In this document: in pieces, positions 1 through 11,904 of the stretch
Layout: each line of letters starts with the position of its first letter
Position numbering within the stretch: the first letter of the stretch is position 1
Made by a program: the position numbers and the translations under genes
Source of the DNA: Octopus vulgaris
Lineage: Eukaryota
Length of the DNA: 64,000 nt
Direction: 5' to 3'
Assembly (NCBI GenBank): GCA_951406725.2
Contig: OX597817.1
Coordinates: 36,208,001-36,272,000, forward strand
Notes under the pieces: generated by a model
The model's input: only the letters and a program-made list of their open reading frames with translations
Told to the model about the DNA's origin: nothing
Database searches by the model: none

Positions 1-213
1 GTGGAATTTTGGACAAATGCCATTTTCTCTCGCCTCGGGTCAACTCATACGTTGTAAGGGAAATTAGACAGATAGAAAATCTACAGAAAAGTTCATGGAG
101 TGGATTGCACCTCTAATTCAAAATGTGCAGCCGTGTCACATACTGTGCTACGCTAATTCTTTTTGAGAATTACGTTAAAGGCACATGTGCCTGTGGAATG
201 CTCAGCCAGTTAT

Positions 214-301
214 ACGCAGGAGTGGCTGTGTGGTAAGTAGCTTGCTTACCAGCCACATGGTTCCAGGTTCAGTCCCACTGCGTGGCACCTTGGGCAAGTG
301 T
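214..301 (+). mobile_element. SINE family A, 5' head fragment (tRNA-derived), abutting the RTE fragment
   Basis: Matches the head of full copies (gcaggagtggctgtgtggtaagtagcttgcttacc...ggttcagtccc...ccttgggcaagtgt). Confidence 0.85.
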
Positions 302-2052
302 TTGATGAGCCTTTGTAGGGCTTCTTCTGTGTGTGATACCAGAGCGGTATCATCAGCTAATAGCATCACCTTGATCAGGACGCTTCTGATTTTGGTCTTG
401 GTACGCAGACGCGAGAGATTGAACAGTTTCCCATCACTTCTACTGTACAGAAACACTCCATCACCTGATGTCACAAAGGCATGTGACAGCATCAGCGAGA
501 AGATGCCAAATAATGTAGGAGCAAGGACACAACCTTGCTTTTACCCCATTTTTTTATTTGGAAGGCGGCTTATGTTGAACCATTGTGCTGTATGGTGCCT
601 TGCATATCATCATGGAAAGATGTGATGATCCTCAGCAGCTTTGGTGGATATCCGATTTTTTGGAGCAGGATGAAGAGGCCTTTTCTACTTACCAAGTCAA
701 AGGCCTTTGTCATATCAATGAAGGCCGTATATAATGGCATTTTCTGCTCTCTGGACTTCTGAAGTTGGCGTATGGAGAATATCATGTCAATAGTTGATCT
801 GCTTCTTCTAAAGTCACACTGGGATTCTGAATAAATTCGAGAAGCAAGCAGTTGCAGCCTGGACAGGATAATGCGAGCAGAGGCCTTTCCAACAGTGCTT
901 AGACGAGATATTCCACGGTAATTGTTACAATCTCCACGTTCACCTTTGTTTTTGTAAAGCGTAATGATGTTAGCATCCCACATATCCTGAGGGACTGTAC
1001 CCTCTTCCCAGCACTGACACAGAAACTCATGAATGTGCCGAAGGAGGATGGGGTTTTTGCCGGTTTTGATGATCTCTAAGGGGATGTCGTTTTTTCCCGG
1101 AGCCTTGTTACTTGCTAGGGAGTCAATAGCCTTGGTGAGCTCTGCTATAGATGGCAGACTGTCAAGTTCATACATGACTGGCAAGATTTTGACACCCTGG
1201 ATTGCAGCCTCAGCTACCGTGGTTCCCCGTTAGTACAGATCCTGGTAGTACTCCACTCATCTATCCATTTGCTTGCTTTGGTCCTTGATGAGATCCCCAG
1301 TAGTTGATTTCAGAGGGGCTGACTTGGTTGCGGATGGACCGAGGACCTTCCTCAAACCGGCATACATCCCACGGGTGTTGCCACTGTCAGCAGTTGACTG
1401 GATACTCTGACAGATTTCCTGCCAATACCTATTTGCACAGCGTCTGGCAGTCAGTTGGGTTTTATTTCTTGCCTTTCTGAGTGACTTTATAGAAGAATCA
1501 CTCTTGTATTACATCAGAGCTGCACGCTTTGTTTCGATAACTGTTTCCAGCTCTGAGAGCCCAGCACTGAACAAAATCTGCGTTTTGCCTTCCTCTCATG
1601 CCGAAAGTATCTATTGATGTGATATACAAAGCTTCCCTGATATAATTCCACCTACTTTCAGCAGAGGTGGTTGGGCAACTACTGAGGGCAACTTTGATAG
1701 AAACAGGAAAACATTGTCGCAGTGTAGGGTCGGAGGTTCTGGCAGTGTTAATGCGTGGTCGGCCCATTTTCTTGGATTGATGGACTTTTTAGGCAGAATC
1801 CTCAACCTGCTTCTTAATTGTGAATGATCTGTGTCACAATCCGCGCTGTGGTAACTACGAGTCAGTTGAACAGAATTCAGAAAGGGTCTTCGTGTAATGA
1901 TGAGATCCAGCTGATGCCAGTGGTGAGATCTTGGATATCTCCAAGATGCCTTGTGGGAGGTCTTGTTGGCAAAGAATGTGTTAGTGATGCACAGGTTATG
2001 GAATGAGCAAAATTCAAGTAGTCTCTGGCCATTGTCATTCATGTTGCCAATA
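302..2052 (-). mobile_element. Decayed RTE-clade LINE fragment (APE C-terminus to RT; frameshifts and stops)
   Basis: Minus-strand ORFs give GNMNDNGQRLLEFC..NLCITNTFF, HWHQLDLIITRR, ADCDTDH (APE); KAPGKNDIP, WDANIITLYKNKGERGDCNNYRGIS, AFIDMTKAFDLVSR and LLADDTALV (RT). Confidence 0.93.
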
Positions 2053-2121
2053 CCAAAACACATACACTTACATATATACATATATATACGATCGATTTGT
2101 TTCAGTTCCTGTCTACGAAAT

Positions 2122-2169
<48 letters not shown>

Positions 2170-2218
2170 AAACAAGTCAAAAATAGAAAATGCTAAAATA
2201 ATTTTATAGTGAACATTT

Positions 2219-2256
2219 CAGTACCGGTTTCGGTCATTTTGAGACCTTTTCAACTG
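2219..2256 (-). ncRNA. Minimal hammerhead ribozyme-like motif, U3-A8 core variant (left arm)
   Basis: Reverse complement of 3255-3292. Confidence 0.6.
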
Positions 2257-3254
2257 TAACGATTAAATAATTAAATTTAGAAAAATTAGAAGAAAAGTTC
2301 TTTTAAAAGGAATATTTCTATAGTAGTGTTCAGATATAAGTAGCATTCTGCCTTCCTCTGACTCCCTTGTTTGCACTTGTGTGTTGGAGGTCATTGTGAG
2401 TTCTTGGTAGGGTAGTAGAGGAAGGAGGCTGATGAGGAAAGGGGGTGGGAGAATCTGGAAGTGCCCTGATGGTCGTATTTTGAATGGTCAGTGGCGGCTG
2501 GCAGTCGCAGTTCAATTCAGGAGAATATTTCTATTGAAAGGCTTGTTTATAGAATTTGCGTAGGTGTTATACTAAAAAACATTAGTGACAAAGTTAAGGG
2601 GTAGAAGGTGGAGAAGTAGAAGAAGAAGAAGAAGAAGAAGAAGATGACGATGTTGATGATGATGATGATGAAGAAGAAGAAGAAGAAGGAGAAGGAGAAG
2701 ATGACGATGATGGTGATGGTGGTGATGGTTATGACGACGATGATGATGATAATAACCATCACCACCATCACCATCATCGTCATCTTCTCCTTCTCCTTCT
2801 TCTTCTTCTTCTTCTTCTTCTTCTTCATCATCATCATCAACATCGTCATCTTCTTCTTCTTCTTCTTCTTCTTCTTCTTCTTCTTCTTCTTCTACTTCTC
2901 CACCTTCTACCCCTTAACTTTGTCACTAATGTTTTTTAGTATAACACCTACGCAAATTCTATAAACAAGCCTTTCAATAGAAATATTCTCCTGAATTGAA
3001 CTGCGACTGCCAGCCGCCACTGACCATTCAAAATACGACCATCAGGGCACTCCCAGATTCTCCCACCCCCTTTCCTCATCAGCCTCCTTCCTCTACTACC
3101 CTACCAAGAACTCACAACGACCTCCAACACACAAGTGCAAACAAGGGAGCCAGAGAAAGGCAGAATGCTACTTATATCTGAACACTACTATAGAAATATT
3201 CCTTTTAAAAAAACTTTTCTTCTAATTTTTCTAAATTTAATTATTTAATCGTTA

Positions 3255-3292
3255 CAGTTGAAAAGGTCTCAAAATGACCGAAACCGGTACTG
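3255..3292 (+). ncRNA. Minimal hammerhead ribozyme-like motif, U3-A8 core variant (right arm)
   Basis: cag TTGAAAA ggtc-tcaaaat-gacc GAAA ccgg T A ctg: stem I cag/ctg, stem II ggtc/gacc, palindromic stem III ACCGGT, GUA cleavage triplet. Confidence 0.6.
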
Positions 3293-3375
3293 AAATGTTC
3301 ACTATAAAATTATTTTAGTATTTTCTATTTTTGACTTGTTTTTTCATATATATCAACTCGTGTGTTCCTTTTCAC

Positions 3376-3932
<557 letters not shown>

Positions 3933-3957
3933 TATGCATACACATACATACATATAT

Positions 3958-4040
3958 TTGGAATTTACAAAAGAAACGAACAAAAGACGAAGACGGGTGT
4001 GTAAACAGCAAACAGTTTTATTAGTTTAACGCTCCGGACT
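3958..4040 (-). repeat. PLE pLTR-terminus repeat ('family P') fragment
   Basis: acaaaagacgaagacgggtgtgtaaacagcaaacag matches copies at 14440, 17912, 44297 and 45403. Confidence 0.65.
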
Positions 4041-4429
4041 TAGGAAAATTTATATAGGGAATACTACTAATTTTAAAATTAGATAAAGGGGACACAAGAA
4101 TTCATTTATTCACCCCTATATAAAAAATTACAGACATTTTAGTATTTGTAAGCATAAATATTTACCGTCTTATAATTTTCTTAAACTTTAAAATATAATT
4201 TTTTAGAATATAAAAGCTTTTTGAAACTATGGTCCAATTAGAGGATTACATCAAATGAACACTTATGCACAAACCTGTAATCTTAAATTATTTTTTTTAT
4301 AGTAGAGAGTGGAATATTCCAATTGGCTATTATTTGCATGATCAACTAATGATTTTCATTTCTTATTTAAACGTTGTAATCGTCTTGAGAAACACCGCAG
4401 AACTTGATATTGTGCTGTCTCTTGTTCAT

Positions 4430-5464
4430 TTTGAAGTCGTGAGTTAGTTTTGCTGCTGCGTTGCACGTTGGTTTTCTTAAACGTTTTTTGTTGTACGGTT
4501 GCGCGGTGTTTGTCTGTCGGTGTTGGGACGGACAGGGGCAGCCCCTCCCTGATGGGAGAGGCGGCAAGAGTGTTCGAAGCCCTATCGGACTTGTCTACGT
4601 CTGAGGGGGAGTTGGGAGAGGTGGTGAATAGGATGGGCGGAAAGTTGGGTGGTACCTGTGCTGGAGTGGCGAAAGAGTCGGAGGAGAGAGAGTTGGACTT
4701 GGCCAAGTTGCCAGGTTGTCAGGAGTTTGTCGGGAGGGAGGGCGGTGAGGTGGAGTTGGAGCCGCTGCCGGGTCGCGGAGAGTAGTTCGAGAGAGGGACT
4801 GTTGCCTGCCGGGTCTATGTGGGCGAAGGAAGAGGGTCGAGGTGGTGAATGTGGAATGGATGGGGGAGAGGCTCTGAGAAGAACGGAGGGGGAGATAATA
4901 TTTCTGACAGAAGGTGCGAGCTGCGGTGCTGTGGTGGTGCAGTTCGGGAGTGGAAGTGTGGCAGCTGTGATTGGCGGTCGTGAGGATGAGGTGGACGTCC
5001 TCCATGCCACGGTGAAGACCGAGGGCTGGAGGGGCGCAGCGCTGGACTTGAATATACAAGCGGAGGATGATGTGCTGAAGAATCTAGCAGAGAGCATCGG
5101 ATTGGGAGGCGTAGTCATGAGAGTGTGGGTGGAGGGCAGAGCTCCACGTTGCTACAAGTGTGGCCTGAGGGGCCACATAAGAGCTAACTGCCCTCCCCCA
5201 GAGAAAGATATGGATGCGGAACCACAAAGAGAGGCGGAAAAAGAGCAGAGACCAGAAGAGAAGTGGGCGGAGAGCAGAGCTCCACGTTGCTACAAGTGTG
5301 GCCTGAGTGGCCACATAAGAGCTAACTGCTGATGGGGCCGTTAGCGTCGCTTTCATAATATCATTTTCAAAATTCATCTTTCATTTCTATGTAATCATGA
5401 TGTTCTTTGTCCCCAATGTGTGTAGCGTCCCCTCTGTGTGGCCCCTAGTGGGTAATAAAGAATA
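4430..5464 (+). mobile_element. Non-autonomous L1/Tx1-like element: ORF1 remnant with duplicated CCHC zinc knuckle fused to a 3' tail, 36-bp TSD
   Basis: GC-rich island. RAPRCYKCGL(R/S)GHIRANC occurs twice. Direct repeats at 4394-4429 and 5465-5500 (33/36 identical). Ends in aataaagaat and has no RT. Confidence 0.8.
4552..5332 (+). pseudogene. Gag-like ORF1 (zinc knuckle CX2CX4HX4C) with stop/frameshift
   Basis: ORF-track frames 4450-4785 and 4649-5332; VWVEGRAPRCYKCGLRGHIRANC. Confidence 0.7.
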
Positions 5465-5710
5465 ACCGCAGAACTTGATATTATGCTGTCACTTATTCAT
5501 AGATACTCAAAAACTGAACTTTCACCAACTGAATACTCACCATGGATTTTACCTCGAGAAAGAAACCCTGAGAAAGGAGAGCTGAATTTCGAATACTTTG
5601 TACAACCACTTTTCTGAAACGGCTGTAGGTTTGGAAAAACATTTCAATCGCCTCTTTCAATTTAGGTTTTTATTTTTCGTGTTTATATTCGTATTTCATT
5701 GTTATGTTTA

Positions 5711-6280
5711 TATTGGGTTGTCCGGAAAGTTCGTTCTGATTTTTAAAGGAAAGTAAAGGTCACTAAATACTTGCCATTACATTTTTAATGAACCAAATCT
5801 GAACCATTTCGTTGCACAATACGTCTCCATCTTTCCTTTACCTTGAAAATACCTTCTTCCCAGAATTGAGGTGGTTTCAAGGCAAAGAATTCGTCAAGGT
5901 ATCATTTTACGTCATCTAAGGAATTGAAATTTTTACCATTAAGACTTTTCTGCAGAGACCTGAATAAGTGGATATCCGAAGGAGCAATATCTGGTGAATA
6001 GGGAGGGTGGGGGTAACACATCCTAGCCGAGCTGCAGCAATTTTTGTCTGGTTCCCAAAGCATCAAATGCCGAAAATGAACTTTCTCATCTTTTATTTTA
6101 AAGGGTTACAGAATTAACACAGGTTATAGGAACATAAACCTTCTTCCACGAAAAGATAGCTTAAACTGTGCTCTAAATGGAGGTGTAGTCAAATCCTATT
6201 TTATGGACTCAAACATGTTCTAAAATAAGTCGAAAGATAAGCTACTATAAATCGGCAAGAACTTTCCGGACAACCCAATA
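5711..6280 (-). mobile_element. Mariner deletion derivative (MITE-like)
   Basis: TA + TIR ttgggttgtccggaaagtt...aactttccggacaacccaa + TA; internal YSPDIAPSD transposase C-terminal remnant. Confidence 0.92.
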
Positions 6281-6527
6281 TTTCTCTATATTTTTATCAT
6301 GAAACTCTTAACATAAATATGTGTATATTCGTATCGAATAATACCTCATGTACTACATCTGAATTTTCTTGTCTGAATGTTTTAAGACAAATATCCGAAA
6401 TTTTTATCGTATACCACATTTTATTAATAGCTTATATACGGAGACAAAAATGTTGTACTATATACTGCAGGTTATCTCCATTAAAATTCTCGTATTATAT
6501 ACATTATATATATATATATAATATACA

Positions 6528-6582
6528 CACTGGAGAAAATAAATTTAAGACCGATATTTCTTACAAAATATTTTGTTACTAG
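6528..6582 (+). mobile_element. Helitron-like 3' terminus
   Basis: Palindrome acaaaatattttgt followed by tactag|t; homologous to the end of the 7138-7431 element. Confidence 0.55.
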
Positions 6583-6883
6583 TCCTTTGCCGATTTTTAT
6601 ATTGACCAGTCTCCGAGTATAACTTCCACGCTTGCACGCAAGCCGGTTTAATGCACTTTAGTTGCTTGCTGATGTTCAAAAAGGAAGCTTTTTGCTGTGA
6701 TATACGATTTTTGCTCTTGTGACTGGACTAAGGCTACGTTGTTTTCCCATTAATAATAAATTGTATAACAACATTAAATCATAACTTTATATGGTGCATT
6801 TAGGCTCGTTGTGTGACCACCACTTTTGGCCAAAAAAATTGCATACATATTAAACTAATTTTGCCGGTAAATTTGAAACGCTT

Positions 6884-7054
6884 ATATTACGTTCTGAGTT
6901 CAAATTCCGCCGAGGTCGACTTTGCCTTTCATCCTTTCGGGGTCGATAAATTAAGTAACAGTTACGCACTGGCGTCGATGTAATCGACTTAATCCGTTTG
7001 CCTGTCCTTGTTTGACCCTCTATGTTTAGCCCCTTGTGGGCAGTAAATGAAATA
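6884..7054 (+). mobile_element. SINE family B, 5'-truncated
   Basis: B box gagttcaaattcc, gcctttcatcctttcggggtcgataaa core, tail gccccttgtgggcagtaaa. Confidence 0.88.
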
Positions 7055-7137
7055 TATATTAATTTAGCATTAGAATTCTTCAAGTTGTATAAAAATTGCT
7101 TGCAAAATTGTGAAAGATATAGATAATTTGTATGGTG

Positions 7138-7431
7138 TTAGTAACAAAATATTTTGTAAGAAACAGAACTTTTATTGTCGGTCTGAAATATATTTTCACC
7201 GGTGTATTTTAACACGTAATACTGAAATATTACTTTTAACACGTAATACTGAAATAGTGGAGAAGATATGATATTGCTGTGGGGTCGCCCTAGGGAAAAA
7301 CTTTTTTGCCGATGACACTCCCCGGACCTTAAGTAAGGCATGTGTAAAATTTGAATGAAATTGGTTGTGTAGTTCTCAAGTTTTAGGGAAACACAGACAG
7401 ACACACACTCTCAATTTTATATATAGAGAGA
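7138..7431 (-). mobile_element. Non-autonomous Helitron
   Basis: Minus strand starts a|tctctctatatataaaattgagag and ends acaaaatattttgt-tactaa (CTRR). Confidence 0.65.
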
Positions 7432-7670
7432 TATGTATATATGTATGTGTGTGTATATGTTTGTGTGTCTGTGTTTGTCCCCCAACATCGCTTGACAACC
7501 GATGCTGGTGTGTTTACGTCCCCGTAACATAGCGGTTCGGCAAAAGAGACTGATAGAATAAGTACTAGGCTTACAAAGAATAAGTCCTGGGGTCGATTTG
7601 ATTCGACTAAAGGCGGTGCTCCAGCATGGCCATAGTCAAATGACTGTAAAAAGTAAAAGAGTAAAAGAGT
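7432..7670 (+). mobile_element. SINE family A, 3' half
   Basis: Matches the 3' half of 3491-3932. Confidence 0.88.
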
Positions 7671-8346
7671 TAATGCAGGTAAAGATAATTCAGTTGATCG
7701 AGCAAATGAATCCTCATCGTCGAACGACGAAGAACACCCCCCCCCCCCCCACCACCACCACCGCTGGCCCCGGTGCCGTCGCCACCACCACCACCACTAC
7801 CAGAGTTATTTATGTCAGCAAATCCACCAGCTTTTCCAAAATGTCGATTTTCCTTATTTTGTTTATATTGAACACCATGTTCAGTTTTATTACATTATTT
7901 GGTGTTGTCACTGCAAACCATATCCATATCGTAATTACAAAAAAAAAAAAAAAAAAATGCCTCAATACCCAATATTGATAGTATAAATATTGTATAGGGA
8001 TTTTCTACACCTCTAAGAAACCATGCTTGTTATGACATAAGTATTTGTCTCGAAGGACTATAGCTAATCTCCAATAATTCCCCACAAGGATGTGCATATT
8101 CATAAAGTCAGAAAGAATGGTCTCTAGCATTTAACTAGCAATTTATATTTCTCCTATATGCTTTCAGGAGATTGTTGTTGTCCACACATATGTTTAAGAC
8201 ACTATCTACGCTGCATTAGCTAAACTCTTTTCACATGTATTTAGGTGAACTGACAGGATGTCGACAAAATTTGTAATAGAATATTTATCGAACCTGTCTA
8301 TTTCATGTATCACATCAACTTCTATAATATTCAAAGGGGCTTACTA

Positions 8347-8960
8347 AGGCGGCGAGCTGGCAGAAACGTTAGCACGCCGGGCGAAATGCTTACCGGTATT
8401 TCGTTTGCCGCTACGTTCCGAGTTCAAATTCTGCCGAGGTCGACTTTGATTTTCATCCCTTCGGGGTCGATAAATTAAGTACCAGTTACGCACTGGGGTA
8501 GTTATAATCGACTTAATCCGTCTATCTGTCCTTGTTTGTCCTCTCTGTGTTTAGCCCCTTGTGGGTAATAAAGCAATAGGTATTTCGTCTGCCGTTACGT
8601 TCTGAGTTCAAATTCCGCCGAGGTCGACTTTGTCTTTCATCCTTTTGGGGTCGATTAAATAAGTACCAGTTACGCACTGGGGTCGATATAATCGACGTAA
8701 ACCGTTTGTCTGTCCTTGTTTGTCCTCTCTGTGTTTAGCCCCTTGTGGGTAGTAAAGAAATAAGATGGCAGAATCGTTAGCACAGTGGACATAATGCATA
8801 GCGGCATTTCGTCCGTCTTTATGTTCTGAGATAAAACGCCACCGAGGTCAGCTTTGTTTTTTTATCCTTTCGGAGTCGATAAAATAAGTACCAGTTTATC
8901 CTTTCGGGGTCGATAAAATAAGTACCAGTTGGGCACTGGGATTGATTTAATCTGCTTGGC
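8347..8960 (+). mobile_element. SINE family B tandem array (full unit, head-truncated unit, older diverged unit)
   Basis: Units ~8347-8578, 8579-8763 and 8764-8960; head ggcggcgagctggcagaaacgttagcacgccgggcgaaatgc. Confidence 0.88.
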
Positions 8961-9070
8961 CCCTTCTTTGGGACTGCTAGAAATTGAAACCAATATTGAA
9001 TAGTGCTTACTGTATTACGTCACTTTCTCAAGCTTATTGACCAAAAGATCAGACATAAAGAAAACTTGCA

Positions 9071-9456
9071 TCTCTCTCTATATAAACGGCAGTTTGTCTG
9101 TTTGCGTGTCTGTGTGTCTGTTAGGTTGTACCCTCACCCTGACCACGGCTTTCAACCGATTCTGATGAAACTTGACACACACATAGCCCAATGTCATAAT
9201 TCAAAACTAACGCAGCGAAAATTTTGAAAAGTTCCCCCAGTTCTGAAAAAAATCGATAAATTCGACATGGGGTCGAGAATCAGAAACACAAACCACACAC
9301 TGTCTTAGGGGACGCAACTCGACCTTTTTAACTCTCAAAAAAAAATTACCATCATTTTTTTTCCATTTGTTTGCTATTTTTTTGGCTATAACTCTCTAAA
9401 AATGCTTTATAGTTATTTCCCTTACAAACCCGAGCAACGCCGGGCGATACTGCTAG
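9071..9456 (+). mobile_element. Non-autonomous Helitron (~390 bp)
   Basis: A|TC start, subterminal hairpin cccgagcaacgccggg, CTAG|T end; near-identical copy at 18470. Confidence 0.92.
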
Positions 9457-9816
9457 TATCGAATAAACGAAAAAGAAAAAAAAAAAATCAAATTACGCTT
9501 TTACTATTTCACATAATCTTTGAGTATTTCGTAGATACGTTACGATCCTGAAGTCGACTAATTTACAGTGAGCTAAGACCGTTTGATATTTGTGCACATT
9601 AAGAATTTTCATATATGGAATATGCTATCCTTTTACAGCTCATATTTTGTCTAACAGACATTTCTCTTTCATGAAAGCTTTTCAGTTTAGTCAGAATTTC
9701 TCGAATTCTTGTTATCTATTTGTATTTCTGCTCGTCAGTTATTTGCTGTTCCGAATTGTAATTACAAAGAAAGCCATGTATTTTTTTTTTATTGTACAAC
9801 ACTTTAAAAAGATTGG

Positions 9817-9895
<79 letters not shown>

Positions 9896-10066
9896 CTTTC
9901 TCTCTTTCTCTCTTTCCCTCTTTCTTTCCCTCTTTCTTTCTTTCCCTCTTTCTTTCTTTCTCTCTTTCTCTCTTTCTCTCTTTCTTTCTCTCTTTCTCTT
10001 TCTTTCTCTCTTTCTCTCTTTCTCTCTTTCTCTCTCTTTCTCTTTCTTTCTCTCTTTCTCTCTCTT

Positions 10067-10142
<76 letters not shown>

Positions 10143-10206
10143 TTTCTCTCTCTTTCTCTCTTTCTCTCTTTCCCTCTTTCTTTCTTTCCCTCTTTCTTTC
10201 TTTCCC

Positions 10207-10237
<31 letters not shown>

Positions 10238-10330
10238 CTCTTTCTTTCTTTCTCTCTTTCTCTCTCTCTTTCTCTCTCCCTTTCTCTCTCTCTTTCTCTC
10301 TCTCCTTCTCTCTCTCTTTCTCTATCTCAT

Positions 10331-10362
<32 letters not shown>

Positions 10363-10454
10363 CCTTTCTCTCTCTCTTTCTCTCTCTCCTTCTCTCTCTC
10401 TTTCTCTATCTCATTCTCTCTCTCTTTCTCTCTATCTTTCTCTCTCTCTCTCTT

Positions 10455-10501
<47 letters not shown>

Positions 10502-10620
10502 CTCTCTCTCTTTCTTTCTCTCTTTCTCTCTTTCTTTATCTCTTTCTCTCTCTCTTTCTCTCTTTCTTTCTCTCTTTCTCTCTCTCTTTCTTTCTCTCTC
10601 TCTCTTTCACTCTCTCTCTT

Positions 10621-10656
<36 letters not shown>
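9817..10656 (+). repeat. ~840-bp polypyrimidine (CT/CTTT) compound microsatellite
   Basis: Almost exclusively C/T on the + strand. Confidence 0.97.
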
Positions 10657-10779
10657 AACGTAAATGTATTTGTGTCATGAAATTTTTATGAGATTTTATT
10701 TTCTTCTCAACAAAGTGCTGATTACATATGTTGTATATGACTGACACAACACAAACTAATATAAACAAACATACATACG

Positions 10780-10829
<50 letters not shown>

Positions 10830-10908
10830 GAGTGTGTGTGTAAGTATATATACATACATATATATATATACATATATACACATGTATATATTTATTTTTT
10901 ATTATATG

Positions 10909-10964
<56 letters not shown>

Positions 10965-11630
10965 CATACACATGTGTCTGCGGGTCTCGGTGAGTGTATG
11001 CATGTGTGTATGCGTGTGTGCACAGCGCAGCGTAACTCAGAAAAACCACACTGACGGATAGCCTAATGTGCACATCTGTGCCCCAGACGGTTCCTCATTA
11101 ATTAAGCAATACCTGTTTATGCACAACGGCATAAGTCAAAAGAACTTAAATAAGTGTCGATATAACAAAGCTTCACTGTGGTTTAAATAATGAATGATGT
11201 AAACAATTTCTTCCTATGTTGTTGATGTGCATGAAAATGATACCGTTTTACTGTCTCTTGACCGCTGCGGAGAGTTGTCGCAGCCGGCATCTTTTAAGAA
11301 AACGAAAAAATAGTTTCACTATTTCATTTGTTTTTACAATAGCAATAGTTTCAACTTAACAGTAATACTTTGTAGGGTGCATAAAATCGTAACTCCATGC
11401 GCGTATGATATTTTCAGTCAGAAATATTTTTGCAAAACTGTTGTATGTGGGACTTACTACACTTTTGAAAAGTGCTAAACCGTTGTATTTCACTTTGACA
11501 ATTTTCAGCTGAAGCAGCTGGAGATACGATAGATTGACCGAAAGAATCGGCTTTTGCAAGTAAAATTAAATATATTGAAAAAGGCGAATTTGGCCAAATT
11601 TGGACACATCACAATTTAACATAACAGCAA

Positions 11631-11696
<66 letters not shown>

Positions 11697-11835
11697 GATT
11701 GGAGCAATCTTGAGTATAACCAACCGGAATTGCAAAGATAATCTGGAACTCGACTGAGGAAAGAAAACTCCGAATGACCCGTCCTTGTTTTTTTGCATGT
11801 TTTGCGTTCTTGTTCCATTTTGTATTTTTTTTTTA
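11697..11835 (+). mobile_element. (TA)n-bounded PLE-like pLTR fragment ('family Q')
   Basis: Aligns to the reverse complement of 32280-32450; contains CTGAGGA-AA-GAAA. Confidence 0.55.
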
Positions 11836-11904
11836 TATACATATATATAGCGGCGTATGTACACTTTGGTCTCTTATATGTAATATATATATATATATAT
11901 AATC

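Larger units (their letters stand above)
2157..3353. mobile_element. 1.2-kb near-perfect palindrome of Penelope-like 3' end/pLTR sequence, bounded by (TA)n
   Basis: Arms ~2157-2732 and 2752-3353 with a 19-nt spacer and only a handful of substitutions. The right arm encodes KYSPELN (PLE ORF C-terminus-like) and carries a hammerhead-like motif. Confidence 0.85.

Noticed and set aside
2330-3181. Paired near-identical ORFs on opposite strands
   Set aside because: A consequence of the palindrome; low complexity.
8347-8960. CRISPR-like repeat array
   Set aside because: Tandem SINE units with no unique spacers; eukaryotic context.
9590-10691. 357-aa and 299-aa S/L/F-rich ORFs
   Set aside because: Translations of the CT microsatellite.
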